The position numbers and the translations under genes were made by a program. From the NCBI RefSeq assembly GCF_001194135.2, contig NC_068996.1, positions 39,233,669 through 39,297,668 of the forward strand: 64,000 nt of DNA, in the 5' to 3' direction. Every line of letters starts with the position of its first letter. Position 1 is the stretch's first letter. The notes under the pieces were generated by a model. The model worked only from the letters and a program-made list of their open reading frames with translations. It had not been told where the DNA came from and did not search any database. The stretch is from Octopus bimaculoides (taxonomy: Eukaryota). Shown here piece by piece: positions 51,966 through 64,000 of the stretch.

Positions 51966-54488
51966 AGAGGGTACTGAAAAGTTCCTGGCTTTAAGGGTAT
52001 CACAAAAGGTCCAGTTGACGGTCAAATCTTCCAAGTTCTTTTACAAGGCTTAGAAAAACCTGAAAGACTGCTGCAATAAGTGTGTGAATCTGAGAGGGGA
52101 ATATGTTGAATAAAATCATAATTCTCTGCTGTTATATGGTGGTCTCTAAGGAAGTTAGGCATAGAGAGGAATGGCTTGTTAGATCTGTACAAGCCATGTA
52201 CAGTGATGCTGTCAATAAGGTGAGAGTCAGCCATGAATACAGTGATGAATTTAGTGTACAGGCAGGGGTTCACCAGGGCTGAGTTTTCAACCCATTCTTT
52301 TTCATTATAGTCCTCCAGGCCATAACAGAGGAATTTAAAACTGGGTGCTTGTGGGAACTGCTATATGCTGATGACTTATTGCAGAATCTTTAGCAGAATT
52401 GGAGAAGAAGTTCCTAGCATGGAAACAAAACCTGGAATCAAAAGGCCTTAAAGTTAACCTAGCTAAGACAAAAGTGGTTGTTAGTGAGAAAGAAGATAAA
52501 ACTTTCTTTCCGTCAGGTAAATGGCCCTACTCCATATGTAGGAAAAGAGTTGGAGGAAATTCCATTTGCTGCACCCAGTGTAAACTATGGACACATAAGA
52601 GATGCAGTGGTATCACAGGTAGATTAACAGACAAAGTAGTCTTTATATATGGCAGATGTGCAAGAACAAAAAGCACGAAGAGCACATGGAAATTAGATTC
52701 TCTCAAATGCCCAAGTGGCTCTCTTGAGATTGTAGATAGTTTGTTACCTAGGTGACCAAATTAGCAATGGTGGCGGATGCTCTGAAAGTATTGTTTCTAG
52801 AATGAGAACTGGGTGGTGGAAGTTCAGAGAACTATTACCTCTGTTGGCAACAAAAGGACTCTCTCAAAGTGAAAGATAGACTATATGATGCTTGTGTATG
52901 AACGGCTATTCTCCATGGTAGTGAGACATGGGCTCTGAATGGAGAAGACATATGTAGACTGGATAGAAACAAAGGTAGTACGCTCCGTTGGATGTGCAAC
53001 ATCAGTGCACATGTACGACAAAGTGCAAATGTAGAGAGAGAAAAGTTGGGCATAAGAGGAATCAAATGTAACATGCAAGAGAGAAGACTGCATTGGTTTG
53101 GACATGTAATGTGTGAGAATGAAGACAGCTGTATAAAGAAGTGCCAATCACTGAAAGTGGATGGGGCCTGTAGAAGAGGGAGACCCAGGAAGACATGGGA
53201 TGAAGTGGTAAGGACTGATCTCAGGACATTGGGTCTCACAGAGGAAATGACAATGGACTGAGATGTCTGGTGATATGAGGTTTCTGAGAAGACCCACCCA
53301 TATCAGTGAAACAGTTCTACAAGCCATCCACACTTAAGAAAAGTTCTCACACACTCTACCACAACAAACCAAACTATGTCTACATCTCTTTCTCTTCCTC
53401 GCATTCTCACCTCATGCACTATGCTTACCTCCCACTCCTCAATCCTGTCCTCTTGGTTTTGTCTCACTGTATATCATTGCTATCCACTTGCACCCCCTGA
53501 CCTGTGTGTTCCACCCACATGTAACAAGAGAACTTCTCAGATACCCCACTACAACAAACAATATCTCAACATCTCTTCCTCACATTTCCTCCTTCATACA
53601 CTCTCACTCTACAGTCCTGTCCTCACGACCCTGTTTCTCTGTATCATTGCTATAAAGCAGTCTATATATACCCAAGTTTTTATGACTCACTTCCCCAAAC
53701 TCTAATCCTGCACCTTTTGCAATATCCAGCCACATATATTATGACCTTTGAACCTCAAGGATATGCCCTGGCATGTGTCACCATCTATCTCTCTCTCTTC
53801 CTTTACTCAACCATCTAATATTTTGATCCCCATCCATTGTGAGTATGCCCGGCCCTTTGCTACCATCTATATTCTGCTGTCACCCACTTTCTGTCTCTCC
53901 TTCTATTGCACTTCCCCCAGGTTGACTAACCATGTATCTCCTTGCAGCAGCACACGTATTTCTGGCCTCATTCTTGATCTCTCTCTCTCTCTCTCTGGCC
54001 AGGTAACATTGTACCTCCTGTACAGCAAGATACCTGTTTCTGTGTGTCTGTCTCACTATAGCCTTTCATCATCTGACACAAGATCACCTCCTTCAATGCC
54101 CTCTCTCCTCACAAATGATTTTTGTCTTGCAAGTACTTGGTGACCCTGTCAGTGCAAGTGCCAAGTTAAAAGCACCCAGTCCACACTGTAAAATGGTTGG
54201 CATTTGGAAAGGCATCCAGCTATAAATACCTTGCCAAAACTGACCTCACCTGTGCTTGTGCCATGTAAAAAGCACTGAGTCTACTCTGCTGAGTGGTTGG
54301 TGTTGGGAAAGGCATCCAGCTGTAAAAATCTTGCCAAACAGTTACAGATGTCTGATGCAAGCTTCTGCCTGGCTGCCATCTGGCAAACCGTCCCACCCAT
54401 CCCAGCATGGAAGGCAGATGTTAAACGATAGTAGTCAATCCTCCTGTATTATTTTATCCAAAGCCAGGAACTTTTCAACACCCCCTCG
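51964..54488. mobile_element. Same mariner-type MITE, split by the RTE LINE (51964-52111 plus 54432-54488)
   Basis: The two parts are colinear with the intact copy at 54541-54753. Confidence 0.8.
52112..54432 (+). mobile_element. 5'-truncated RTE-clade LINE: RT (GVHQG, LLYADDL), PHD-like insert, C-terminus, long 3' UTR and (gat)n-type tail
   Basis: ORF pieces 52399-52755 and 52992-53261 (RLHWFGHV...RRGRPRKTW); stops and frameshifts; tail shared with many short copies; splits a mariner-type MITE. Confidence 0.92.
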
Positions 54489-54540
54489 TGTGTATGTGTG
54501 TATATATATATACGCACACACACATACACACACATGTATA

Positions 54541-54753
54541 CAAGGGGGTGCTGGAAAGTTCTCAACTTTAAGGGTATCATCAAAGGCCCAGTTGGAGGCC
54601 CAACCTTCCAAGTTCTTTTACGGGGCTTAGAAAAACTGAAGAGCCACTGCAGTAAGTGAGTGAATCTGAGAGGGGAATAAGTTGAATAAAATCATAACTG
54701 ATCCTCTTGTATTTTCTTTTACCCAAAGACAGGAACTTTTCAGCCCCACCTCA
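54541..54753. mobile_element. Tc1/mariner-type MITE, intact copy
   Basis: Imperfect TIRs caagggggtgctggaaagttc / caggaacttttcagccccacctca, TA flanks. Confidence 0.75.
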
Positions 54754-54895
54754 TAATTCAAACAATGTGAATAGAAAAACTTTACATTTGACAGAATTAT
54801 GTGAAATCTAAAGGGTTAAAAAAAAGTGAGAATTTTGTTCAAGTGTTTTCAAGGGGTTTAACAAACACTATTAGACCATTAAGAAGGGTCTAAAC

Positions 54896-55397
54896 TAGTG
54901 GTTCTCAACTGGGGTCCATAAAAGATTTTTGGAGGCCTACGCAAAAGAGTAAATTGGGGATCCACAATATTTTCAGGGCCAGAAAAAAATCAGCTTTAGA
55001 TGTATGTATTGGTATGTATTGCAAGAAACAGCTGGGTTTCTTTCTCTAATGTCTTACATAGTTCAACCTACACAAGGGAATGTGTGAAAAACAAAATAGG
55101 AATTTTGAAAGTTTCTATAAAACTACTTTTTAAACATCAAATGACTATGAGGTCCCACCACAAAATAGTAATCAAAGGGGTCCACAGATAATAAAAATGT
55201 TGAGAGTCCCTGCTTTAGATGGTTCCTTTCTCTAAAATTTTACATAGTTCAACCTACACAAGTTAATGTCTACTAAAATAAATAGGAATTTTGGAAGAAG
55301 TTTCTATAAAACTAGTTTTTAAACACTGAATGGGGGTCCACCAGAATAAAATAGTAATCAAAGGGGTTTATGGATGAAAAATGGTTGAGAACCCCTG
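54896..55397. mobile_element. hAT-type MITE with internal duplication
   Basis: tagtggttctcaac / gttgagaacccctg; TSD gtctaaac / atctaaac; related sequence at about 27525-27932. Confidence 0.8.
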
Positions 55398-56199
55398 ATC
55401 TAAACTATTGTGTTTGTAGGTGGGTGATTAAGTGAAATGTATGACTCAAAGCTAAAATGCAAACTTGACAAAAACTTATCTCTACAAGTCTTAATCCTCA
55501 CAGAAGAATTAATGAGGCAAATAAATGGAAAATATTTCTGCTGAAAATAAAGAGATTTTTTATTAACTAATTTATATAAATATGATAAAAAGTGTGAAAG
55601 CAATTATAATATGATGGCTGTTTAGAGGCTCAAAATAACATTGCTCAATATGGACATGAATTCAAGCAGTGATAACAGATATAATTTCTCTATTAAAAAT
55701 AATGTATTCCTTATTTTTTAAAAGTTTTCACAGAAATTCCTTTTAAAAGATAAGAGTGTCATATCAAATTTCATATATCTAAATGGATTCAGAAAGTCTC
55801 TATATGTTCATATGAAATAAACATGCTAATTATATACATACATATATATATTAAATATTAAAGCTGATGGCTTCTTTTGATCAGATAGAAAGCAAACTGG
55901 ACAAGAAGAGTGAACAATTGAAAGGCAAAAATGACACAGGGAAAGTTTCTATGATGGTACAGCTACTTAAACTCTCATAAAACCAATTTAGTCTTGTACT
56001 GTTTTGGGTATACAAAGCTTCAACATAAGAAATCGTTTTTTTATGTTGCAGAAGTAAGTTTTTGTTTAGAAATCAAATGATATTTGTGACACTTAGCCAA
56101 TCCCTTTAGTTACTGGTTCTGACCCATTTTTTCTCTCTATGGACCCCATTGATTTCTATTTTACTCAACTAGACATCCATAGACATTCAACGTATATAT

Positions 56200-57527
56200 T
56201 CTTTTACTTGTTTGTCATTTGACTGTGCCCATGCTGGAGCACTGCCTTTAGTCGAACAAATCGACCCCAGGACTTATTCTTTGTAAGCCTAGTACTTATC
56301 CTATCGGTCTCTTTTGCTGAACCACTAAATTACAGGGATGTAAAGACACCAACATTGGTTGTCAAGTGGTGCAGTGGAGACAAACACACACACACACAAG
56401 TATATGAGCTTTTTCAGTTTCTGTTTATCAAATCCCTCACAAGGTTTTGGTCAGCCTGAGGATATAGTAGAAGACACTTGCCCAAGGTACAACACAGTGG
56501 GACTGAACCCGGAACCATGTGGTTGGGAAACAAGTTTCTTACCACACAGACACACCTGCACCTATAAGAAAAAAACATCCTTCAGCATTTTTATTTTTTT
56601 GGTTGTTTTAGACATTTGACTGTGGCCATGCTGGACCACTGCCTTAAAGGGTTTCAGTCGAGGAAATTGACCTCAAGACTTATTCCTTGTAAGCCTAATA
56701 CTTATTCTATTGGTCTCTTTTGCTGAACACACCAGCATCAGTACAAACAGCAAGGGTACAAACACGGACACACACACACACACATAACAGGCTTGTTTCA
56801 GTTTCCATCTACAGATTCTACTCACAAGACTTCGGTCAGCCTGAGGCTATAGCAGAAGACACTTTCCCAAGGTATCACGCAGTGGGACTGAGTCCAGAAC
56901 AATATGTTTGAGAAGCAAACTTCTTACTGCACAGCCATGCCTGCACCTCTTTTATAATTAAATATCATTAGAAATTGTATTAAAAAAATTAATTAAATAT
57001 CATTAGAAATTGTATTAAAAAAATTAAAATATTTCAGTGTAATAAACTGCACATGAATTTTAACAGCAAAATCATGTGGACCCACAAGGATCATGTGGAC
57101 CCCAGTTGAGAATCCCTGCTCTTAGCCAGGGTTGATAAAGGGTATACATATGTATATTTTATCTTTAATCTATTTCAGTTGTTAGACTATGGCCATGCTG
57201 GGGCACCACCTTGAAGAAATCCAGTTGAATGAATTGATCCTAGTACCTTTTAAAAATTTTTTTGAAAACCTGGTACATTTTCTTTTGGTCTGTTTCGCTG
57301 AACTGTTAGATTATGGGGATGTGAACAGCCAATACCAGTTGTCAAGTGGTGGGTGGGGACACAGACACAAAGATACACATATTTGCAGTACGCTTCTTTC
57401 GGTTTCTGTCTACCAAATCCACTCACTAGGCTATGGTCAGCTTAGGGCTATGATAGAAGAGGTACCATGCAGTGGGACTGAACCTGGAACCATGTGGTTG
57501 GGAAGCAAACTTCTTATAACACAGTCA
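56200..57527 (-). mobile_element. Cluster of three SINE family A copies (56200-56562, 56605-56947, 57165-57527)
   Basis: Each shows the tail, microsatellite and tRNA-like head in reverse orientation. Confidence 0.85.
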
Positions 57528-57555
57528 TGAGAGAGAGAGAGAAAGAGAGAGAGAA

Positions 57556-57586
<31 letters not shown>

Positions 57587-59749
57587 AAGAGAGAGTGAGT
57601 GAACTGGGTTAAAAATTTTACAGTATCCAAATTTGTGTTCTCCAAACCTAGATACAAGCAACATTGATATTGCTGGAATGAATGAAAATGACTTAAAATG
57701 AAAATTGAGTCTGCATTCATCAAGGACACATGTTTATGGATGTCTGGGGTCATAAGAATGAGTAAAGGGACTAGGATAGATGTTCATCTTTCATTGCTTG
57801 CACAGGTCAGACAGAATTTGTTGAGGCAGATTTTGTATGGCTTCCCATTGCCAAACCTCACTTGTTTTCAAGTAAGGTAATAGTTAACCATGGCCAGAAA
57901 TGGTACCATAAAAATATGGTATTTATTTACAACAACCGTGTGATGTCAAGATAAGGGGGCATACTAACACACGCAATAGGCATCTTTCAGTTTCTAAAGC
58001 AGAAGAAACCTGCCCAAGATGGCATGCAGAGGAACTACACCTGAAACCATGTGGTTGGGAAGCAAGCTTTATAACTATACAACCATGTCAGCACTATTTA
58101 CTTAACTCCACTTCAAAAAAAAAAACAAAAAAAAAACAATGTTAGTAAAATACACTATAGCAAGACTAATTTTCCAAAATGGGAAGATACAAATAATTTT
58201 CTTTAGATATTAGTATTTTTCTGAAAGAAAATAATAAGGAGCAGGAACTCTGTATCTCAATTAATGGTGCTGCTAAGTAAGCAAAACAGATTTGTATGCC
58301 ACATGTGCATGGTGAAACCAGCAGTACAAATGTCTAAAGAGGTGAACAAACATTCTGAACCATTAAGGTTTAAAAGTAGATAGAGTGGACTGGCCTTGTA
58401 ACATACATGAATTTATTATTAATGAAGATAGATCTTGTGATAATGTTCTTTAATTGTACAACTTAAGAAAAAGTTCCCTCCAAGCTGGCATGGAAATTAT
58501 CTCACATTTTATGAAATAGGTCCTTTTTTTAAAAAAATAGATTAAGAAGGGAAAAGAGAAGTGCCCATGACTTTTTTTCCAGGTCTTATAAGAGGGGAGT
58601 GGTGTGGGAAGAGTCACCCCGAGACCAGAGATCGGTGCTTGAATACATGCAGCAATGGGTGGCAAGTTGACATTAGAAAAAATAGTGAGAAATAAACTAA
58701 TAAAAGCAGAAAGAAAAGCTGAAGCAACAAAGCTTGGGACACAAGCTGAATGAAAGCATGTGAGCTACAGAATATTAGAAGTTGTTGGTTAATGAATGCA
58801 AGACCAATTATGAGTGAAAGTTACATGTGGAGTAAGAACCGACTGTGGTATGCTATAGCCAATAAAAAGTAACCAGAAGATATGTAGTTGGTTAATGACT
58901 TAGAATAGGTTAGGTTGAACCCTAAAAACATACAACTATGCATGAAGTTTAGTCATCATAGTAGCTTTTGCAGCCACTTTTCTATGATGATAATTAAAAA
59001 TAACATTAGCTATTCAAGAATTACAGATATAAATAAGACGAGAAAAGGCCATATGGCAATCATACCTAATTTGAGCTTCTCAAAAAATGCGTTGAAGCTT
59101 ATGTCTCACACAAAAACTGCTGTTTTTTGCATGACAGAACAATTCATTAAGAAACTATTTTTAGAAAAGTGTAAAAACACATTATGTGCTAATGCTCTCA
59201 ATATAATGTACATAATACAATAGAGCTGCAAAAAAAAAATAATAACATTTTAGTTATTGTTGTTGTAAGCACATTAAAAGCAGAGGCAGCCAACCTGCAT
59301 ATTAAAAAAAATCAAAATTTAAAGATAAAAACCAAATGCTTGCAACTCTAAAGGACTTTCTTAGCTTCAATTCTCGTCAGGATAAAGAGAAACTTGAGAC
59401 ATTCTTAAAAGTAAAGTTTATGAGAAGAGCTTAAACTTCATGTGAAAGTACTGATATTTCATGCTGATCACAACACATGGTTCTACCTAAAATGTAGAGA
59501 TCACCTCTAACTTTACTATTAACTTTCTGGAGTGTTTTAGTAATTGAATATATAAAATACTTGTTTCAATGATACAGTGCAAGTATCAAAATTTTTATGA
59601 ACATTGCAGAAAAGAGTTAAATTATTGAAATCACAGTTGTCTTAATAAAAAAAAAAAATGCAAATAAAACATGACATTGAAACCATTGGTTTCCTTTGCC
59701 TGGATATAAGTGCGCTATATTTTGAGAGGACAGATAGAAATGGTACTTC

Positions 59750-62409
59750 GTAATGTTTTATGTCTTTCAAATTCATAGATACACTCCACTAAGAATGATA
59801 GAACTTCGATTATGATCGAATCTAAGCTGCGAAAACGAAACAATTTTACATCTCTAACTTTATAAATGTAATTTGAGAGTAATTTAGAAACTGACGAGNN
59901 NNNNNNNNNNNNNNNNNNNNNNNNNNNNNNNNNNNNNNNNNNNNNNNNNNNNNNNNNNNNNNNAGACTGGGGACCTAGGTGACAAAAATAAAAATCTTTA
60001 AATTGACCAGTGAATAGTAATAGCATTTAAAAACGAGAAAACAACGGATCAAGAGGCGAAATGAAAAATTATTTCTAACATTGGCCTAAGACCTCACAGT
60101 TTGCGGGAGGAAATAGTTGGTAACCGAAGTGTAACCCAGCAAGATCTCAGCTAAAGAAAGTACTCAAGGCATTTTGAGTACTTTGAGTGGTATTTTACAC
60201 CATTCTACCAATCCACCGCCCTTAATAATGGCAACTGGATCTAAGAACTGAAGTTCAATCAGATTTTTAAAAGTTATGAAATTATATTCCCGATACTTAA
60301 CCGATATCGGTGGCGTTGAAAGAAATCGGCAACCGTCATTTTCGATAGAAACCCTTTTGTGCGTAACTTTACTCTGAAATTCTCATAACAAATTTCCACG
60401 GTTAGGTGATCACAAGTAATATGCAAAAATTATAAATGTTGAGAGAAGGTGATCTCTCTTCTGGGCAGACGGACTTCCATTTAATGAATTTTTGTCTTTG
60501 TCAATTCAGATTAGAATTTTCGTCCACTAAAAGCGTCCTACATGAGATTACAATCTGAAACCATACCCATTTCGCAAAGCTTATTGAATAAATTTTAAAT
60601 TCAAAAAACAAAAATGTAGACACAAATATAAAGAAATTACAAGAATAAAAATGTGTAGCATATAAAATAATATCTTTTATATAAAACAAATATGTATTAG
60701 AAAAAATAAAGACTGAACGAAGTTGTAGTAGTATAATTATTATTCGATATAAGGTGCAAAAGAAATGGACTACAACATACAGTTTAAAGAAGAAGAAAAA
60801 AAAAGACACCAGTGCATACGTATGATCTGAAATCAAAGAAAAGTTACAGATTGCGAATTAGAAATAATGATTTCAAAGTTTTTTGCGAGAACTAAGATAA
60901 AGGTAGGAATTATTGCGCATCTATCAAGCCGAACATTATCACTGTACGAGGGGGGAGCAACGAGGTAAGTTAAAAAGAGTTTACCTATTAGATATTATGA
61001 AGATCGTGTGTTACCAACTTACTCGAGGAGAAAAAAAAAGGTGGGGGTGATAAAACAACAGTCGGAAATTATTTATAAAGTAATTATTTGATAAAACAAA
61101 ATAGTATGATAAATACCTGATTTACATAATAACTTTTAGCATTAAGAGTTAAGCTATCAGCGAAAGAATAGCAAGTAATTTCCCCACCTCTTCAACTTAC
61201 ACCCGTGTTGTTTCGACTGGAACCTCACTAAACCAGGGTGAAAAATGTGTCGAGACTGTGGTATGGGGATGCTGGGATTGATACGAGAACTTTTCCAATT
61301 AAAAAAACAAAAACAAACAAAAAACCGTTTATGACATCCAACTTAATCGCTGTTCAAATGTAAGAAAACAAAAAGCAGGGTAAAAAAAATCTAATTCTAC
61401 AGCAAAAACTCAAAAGTGACAGGATCATATTAGCATTATAGAATTTAATTTCAAAATCTAAACTTAGTAAACTATATAAAGCAATGTGTATTTTGGATTT
61501 ATGAGCGAGTGCGTGTGTGGACGATGGAAATAAGTTGCCGTACTACCAAGCGATTCACTTGCCCTACAAACGACCAGAATTAGGGGAAAGGGGACTGTTT
61601 AAGATAAGAACACCCAAATAATCGGAACAACAGATTATTTCCGAAGTTATTTCAGAAAGTATATTTAGTTCAAAACTAAAAGAAACGGGCAAGAGAAATA
61701 GAAAGAAAGAAAGAAAGAAACTTTGGGTATTTTAAAAGAAGTTTGTTTTCAAGAATTTTATTTTCATTATTGTTAAGACATTTCAAAGATAGTGATAATT
61801 TCAAGAAAATACGAGTAAACATTTATTTTTTTAGCAAAGGGAATAATATGTAGGTGCGGTACTTCTAAAACAGAATGGTTCGAAATTATGAACTACTGTA
61901 GCAATGATGAGGGAATAAGCATCCATGCGGTCGACTGACCTGGTAGAAATAGCAGCCAAATCTCCTTCAAATCGTATTTCAACCCCACCTTTTATTTTTT
62001 GGCAAATGACAATTTGGATGTAATTTTAGATATGCAAAAATACAGGATGATTATTACTATATCGAATATCTTTAATGTACTTTCGACCGGGGCTGGTTTG
62101 GAATAAAAACCAAAAGATGACAAGAATCGTCATCCATATCAGCCAACCAGAAGTTACATCTTAAAAATACCTGTAGATATAATAATTACTTTAAAAAATT
62201 TAGAAATAGCATTTAAAAGCAAACAACAAAATAGGTTTTATACAAATACTTTCACATCAAAAAGTAATCAAAATTATTGAATCAATCAGTTGTCAATTTT
62301 TGTATATCAATAAGTAAATAGTGGCAATTGATAGCATTAATTGGAAAGGTAAAGGCGATCCCCTTGAAAACTAAAATAAGCAAATTGAACTTTATACAAA
62401 ATAAAATAA

Positions 62410-62450
<41 letters not shown>

Positions 62451-64000
62451 NNNNNNNNNNNNNNNNNNNNNNNNNNNNNNNNNNNNNNNNNNNNNNNNNN
62501 NNNNNNNNNNNNNNNNNNNNNNNNNNNNNNNNNNNNNNNNNNNNNNNNNNNNNNNNNNNNNNNNNNNNNNNNNNNNNNNNNNNNNNNNNNNNNNNNNNNN
62601 NNNNNNNNNNNNNNNNNNNNNNNNNNNNNNNTTTTTTTTTTTTTTTTTTGGAGGGGGGGTCATTCTAATGAATAGATAGCTACACTAATGTACGTGCTTC
62701 TTTAAAACGGGGATAAAAAGTCTTCAAATAAGAGAAAAATAACATTTATTCGACGAACAGAATCGGGGGAAGCTCTGAGTAGAGTGACTTGTGATAATTT
62801 CAGTTCTGAATAAAATAATAAATAACAGTTCTTATGTATGCAAGTTGACAGATAAAACAGGTCTTCGCACGAAAGATGAGGAGGGGATGAAGATGTGAAG
62901 GAAATAAATAGTAAAAGATCTATTAGAAATTCATTAAGAAAAAAGTTAATAATTAATTAATAATAATGTACCAGTTAGAAGATCCAATTCTTACCGTGGA
63001 AGTTGTTCATGAATCATAAAAAAGAAGCATCAAAGTCGTTGTCGTTGCTGCCCACAACAACAACAGACCATTTCAGAAAAAAAGCATCGAGCATCGAAAT
63101 GTGTGCCTCTGTTCCTCTGACGTCGATGCAATGTGCTCTCTCTGCCTGACGCCACTTAACTACCGCCCCGCCTCCATAAAATTTTAACACTAACACGCCC
63201 ACAATGCATTGCGGTCTCTCCCCTTCCTCCTACTCCTTCCCTGTTTGCTTGTACTGCACTGCACTCACGTCCTCTCGCTGTCCCTCTTTTTTCACCCCTC
63301 GCGTTCTCTGTATGTGTCGTTTGCGCTCACTCTCAACTCACTCGCTCACTTACTCCCTCTCACTATGTCATTCTCTCTGTTTTTCTCCCTTTACTCTCTT
63401 TCTCTCTCTCTCTCTCACCACCACCTCCACTAGACGCCATAATAGCCAAACACCGAGTTATGGAGAAACACCACTGAAGAAAGGTTGACCTAATGTCGGG
63501 TTGTTTTTTTTTGCCTGCCAGTGTTTCTTTCGTCGTTAAAAAAAAAACTAAGAAAAAAAAGAACACACCACGTCGTGTTTCAGTGTCTTAATGGGTATCA
63601 GTCTGTTTTAAAATGCCGGAAAGCCGTCGATGCAGTTGAAAATTATTCGACTTCATCGTCTGAGTTTGTCCTAAAAAAAAAACAACAAAACAAACAAAAA
63701 CAAGAAAAAGGCCAAAACCCCCGAAGAAAACACCAAAAAAACACCAACAAAAGGCCAAACAACACAAAACAAAACAGAAAGAGAGAGAGAGAGAGAGAGA
63801 GAGAAAGAAAGAAATAGAGAGAGNNNNNNNNNNNNNNNNNNNNNNNNNNNNNNNNNNNNNNNNNNNAAAAAAAAAAAAAAGAAAGAAAACAAGAAGCTTA
63901 TAATATCGAGTCTCTTTCCCCCCCAGGTTTTTTGTTTAAGTCTTTATAAAACTACGTAGGAGCAAAGACAAGTAGAGCAGGATATGGGGACCAAAGGCCC
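59750..64000. promoter_or_regulatory. CpG-retaining, repeat-poor 5'/promoter region
   Basis: CG dinucleotides are visibly much more frequent right of about 59.75 kb than in the CpG-depleted introns; GC-rich patch 63100-63460 with CT/GA tracts (by eye, not counted). Confidence 0.55.
62995..63200 (-). other. Probable non-coding upstream (5' UTR) exon of the PDZ gene; 5' boundary/TSS not resolved
   Basis: Donor ACG|GTAAG at 62994-62990, lying in the CpG-retaining region next to GA/CT-rich promoter-like sequence; connection to the 44382 acceptor is inferred, not shown. Confidence 0.5.

Noticed and set aside
62995-63010. MNNFH(G) as the true protein N-terminus
   Set aside because: Phase 1 end is incompatible with the phase-2 start of the 26176 exon, and it terminates within the 44382 exon; reinterpreted as a uORF
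63363-63445. ATGGCG-initiated minus-strand ORF MASSGGGGERERE
   Set aside because: Stops after about 25 codons in a GA microsatellite; at most another uORF or a YY1-like motif

Overview
AT-rich, repeat-dense animal genomic DNA. The SINE/RTE-LINE/MITE repertoire and microsatellite load are what I recognise from coleoid cephalopods, most likely an Octopus draft assembly (8 N-gaps). Nearly all ORF-track entries are microsatellite, gap or repeat artefacts. The one host gene I can support is on the minus strand and is invisible to the ORF track. It has four short coding exons (44273-44346, 26097-26176, 23055-23150, 10421-10490) that splice in phase to MMSKVAFSTNGKVIGPKTEKKVEFRQPLSTESPQIDRETIKIVYDNCSKGIGLQIIGGTTRNGDTNHGIFVKKLLPNGIAKTEGQLKVGDQLLSVNGNTLEDATNE(Y). 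This is an N-terminal PDZ domain resembling the first PDZ of long syntaxin-binding protein 4 (STXBP4-like) isoforms. A probable non-coding upstream exon ends at a donor at 62994, inside a CpG-retaining 5' region. The next coding exon was not found and probably lies left of the window. The introns hold several tRNA-head SINE families, many 5'-truncated RTE LINEs (with a PHD-type Cys4-His-Cys3 insert in the RT), piggyBac-, hAT- and mariner-type MITEs, a Helitron Rep remnant and a non-autonomous Helitron, often nested in each other. The most interesting leads are a SINE fold-back palindrome containing an 82-nt pre-miRNA-like hairpin, two junction-spanning uORFs (one overlapping the start codon), the PHD-in-RT LINE with a shared 3' stem-loop module, and repeated use of a SINE-internal microsatellite as an insertion site. 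I see no clearly new multi-gene system. Repeat boundaries are read by eye and are approximate unless TIR/TSD coordinates are given.
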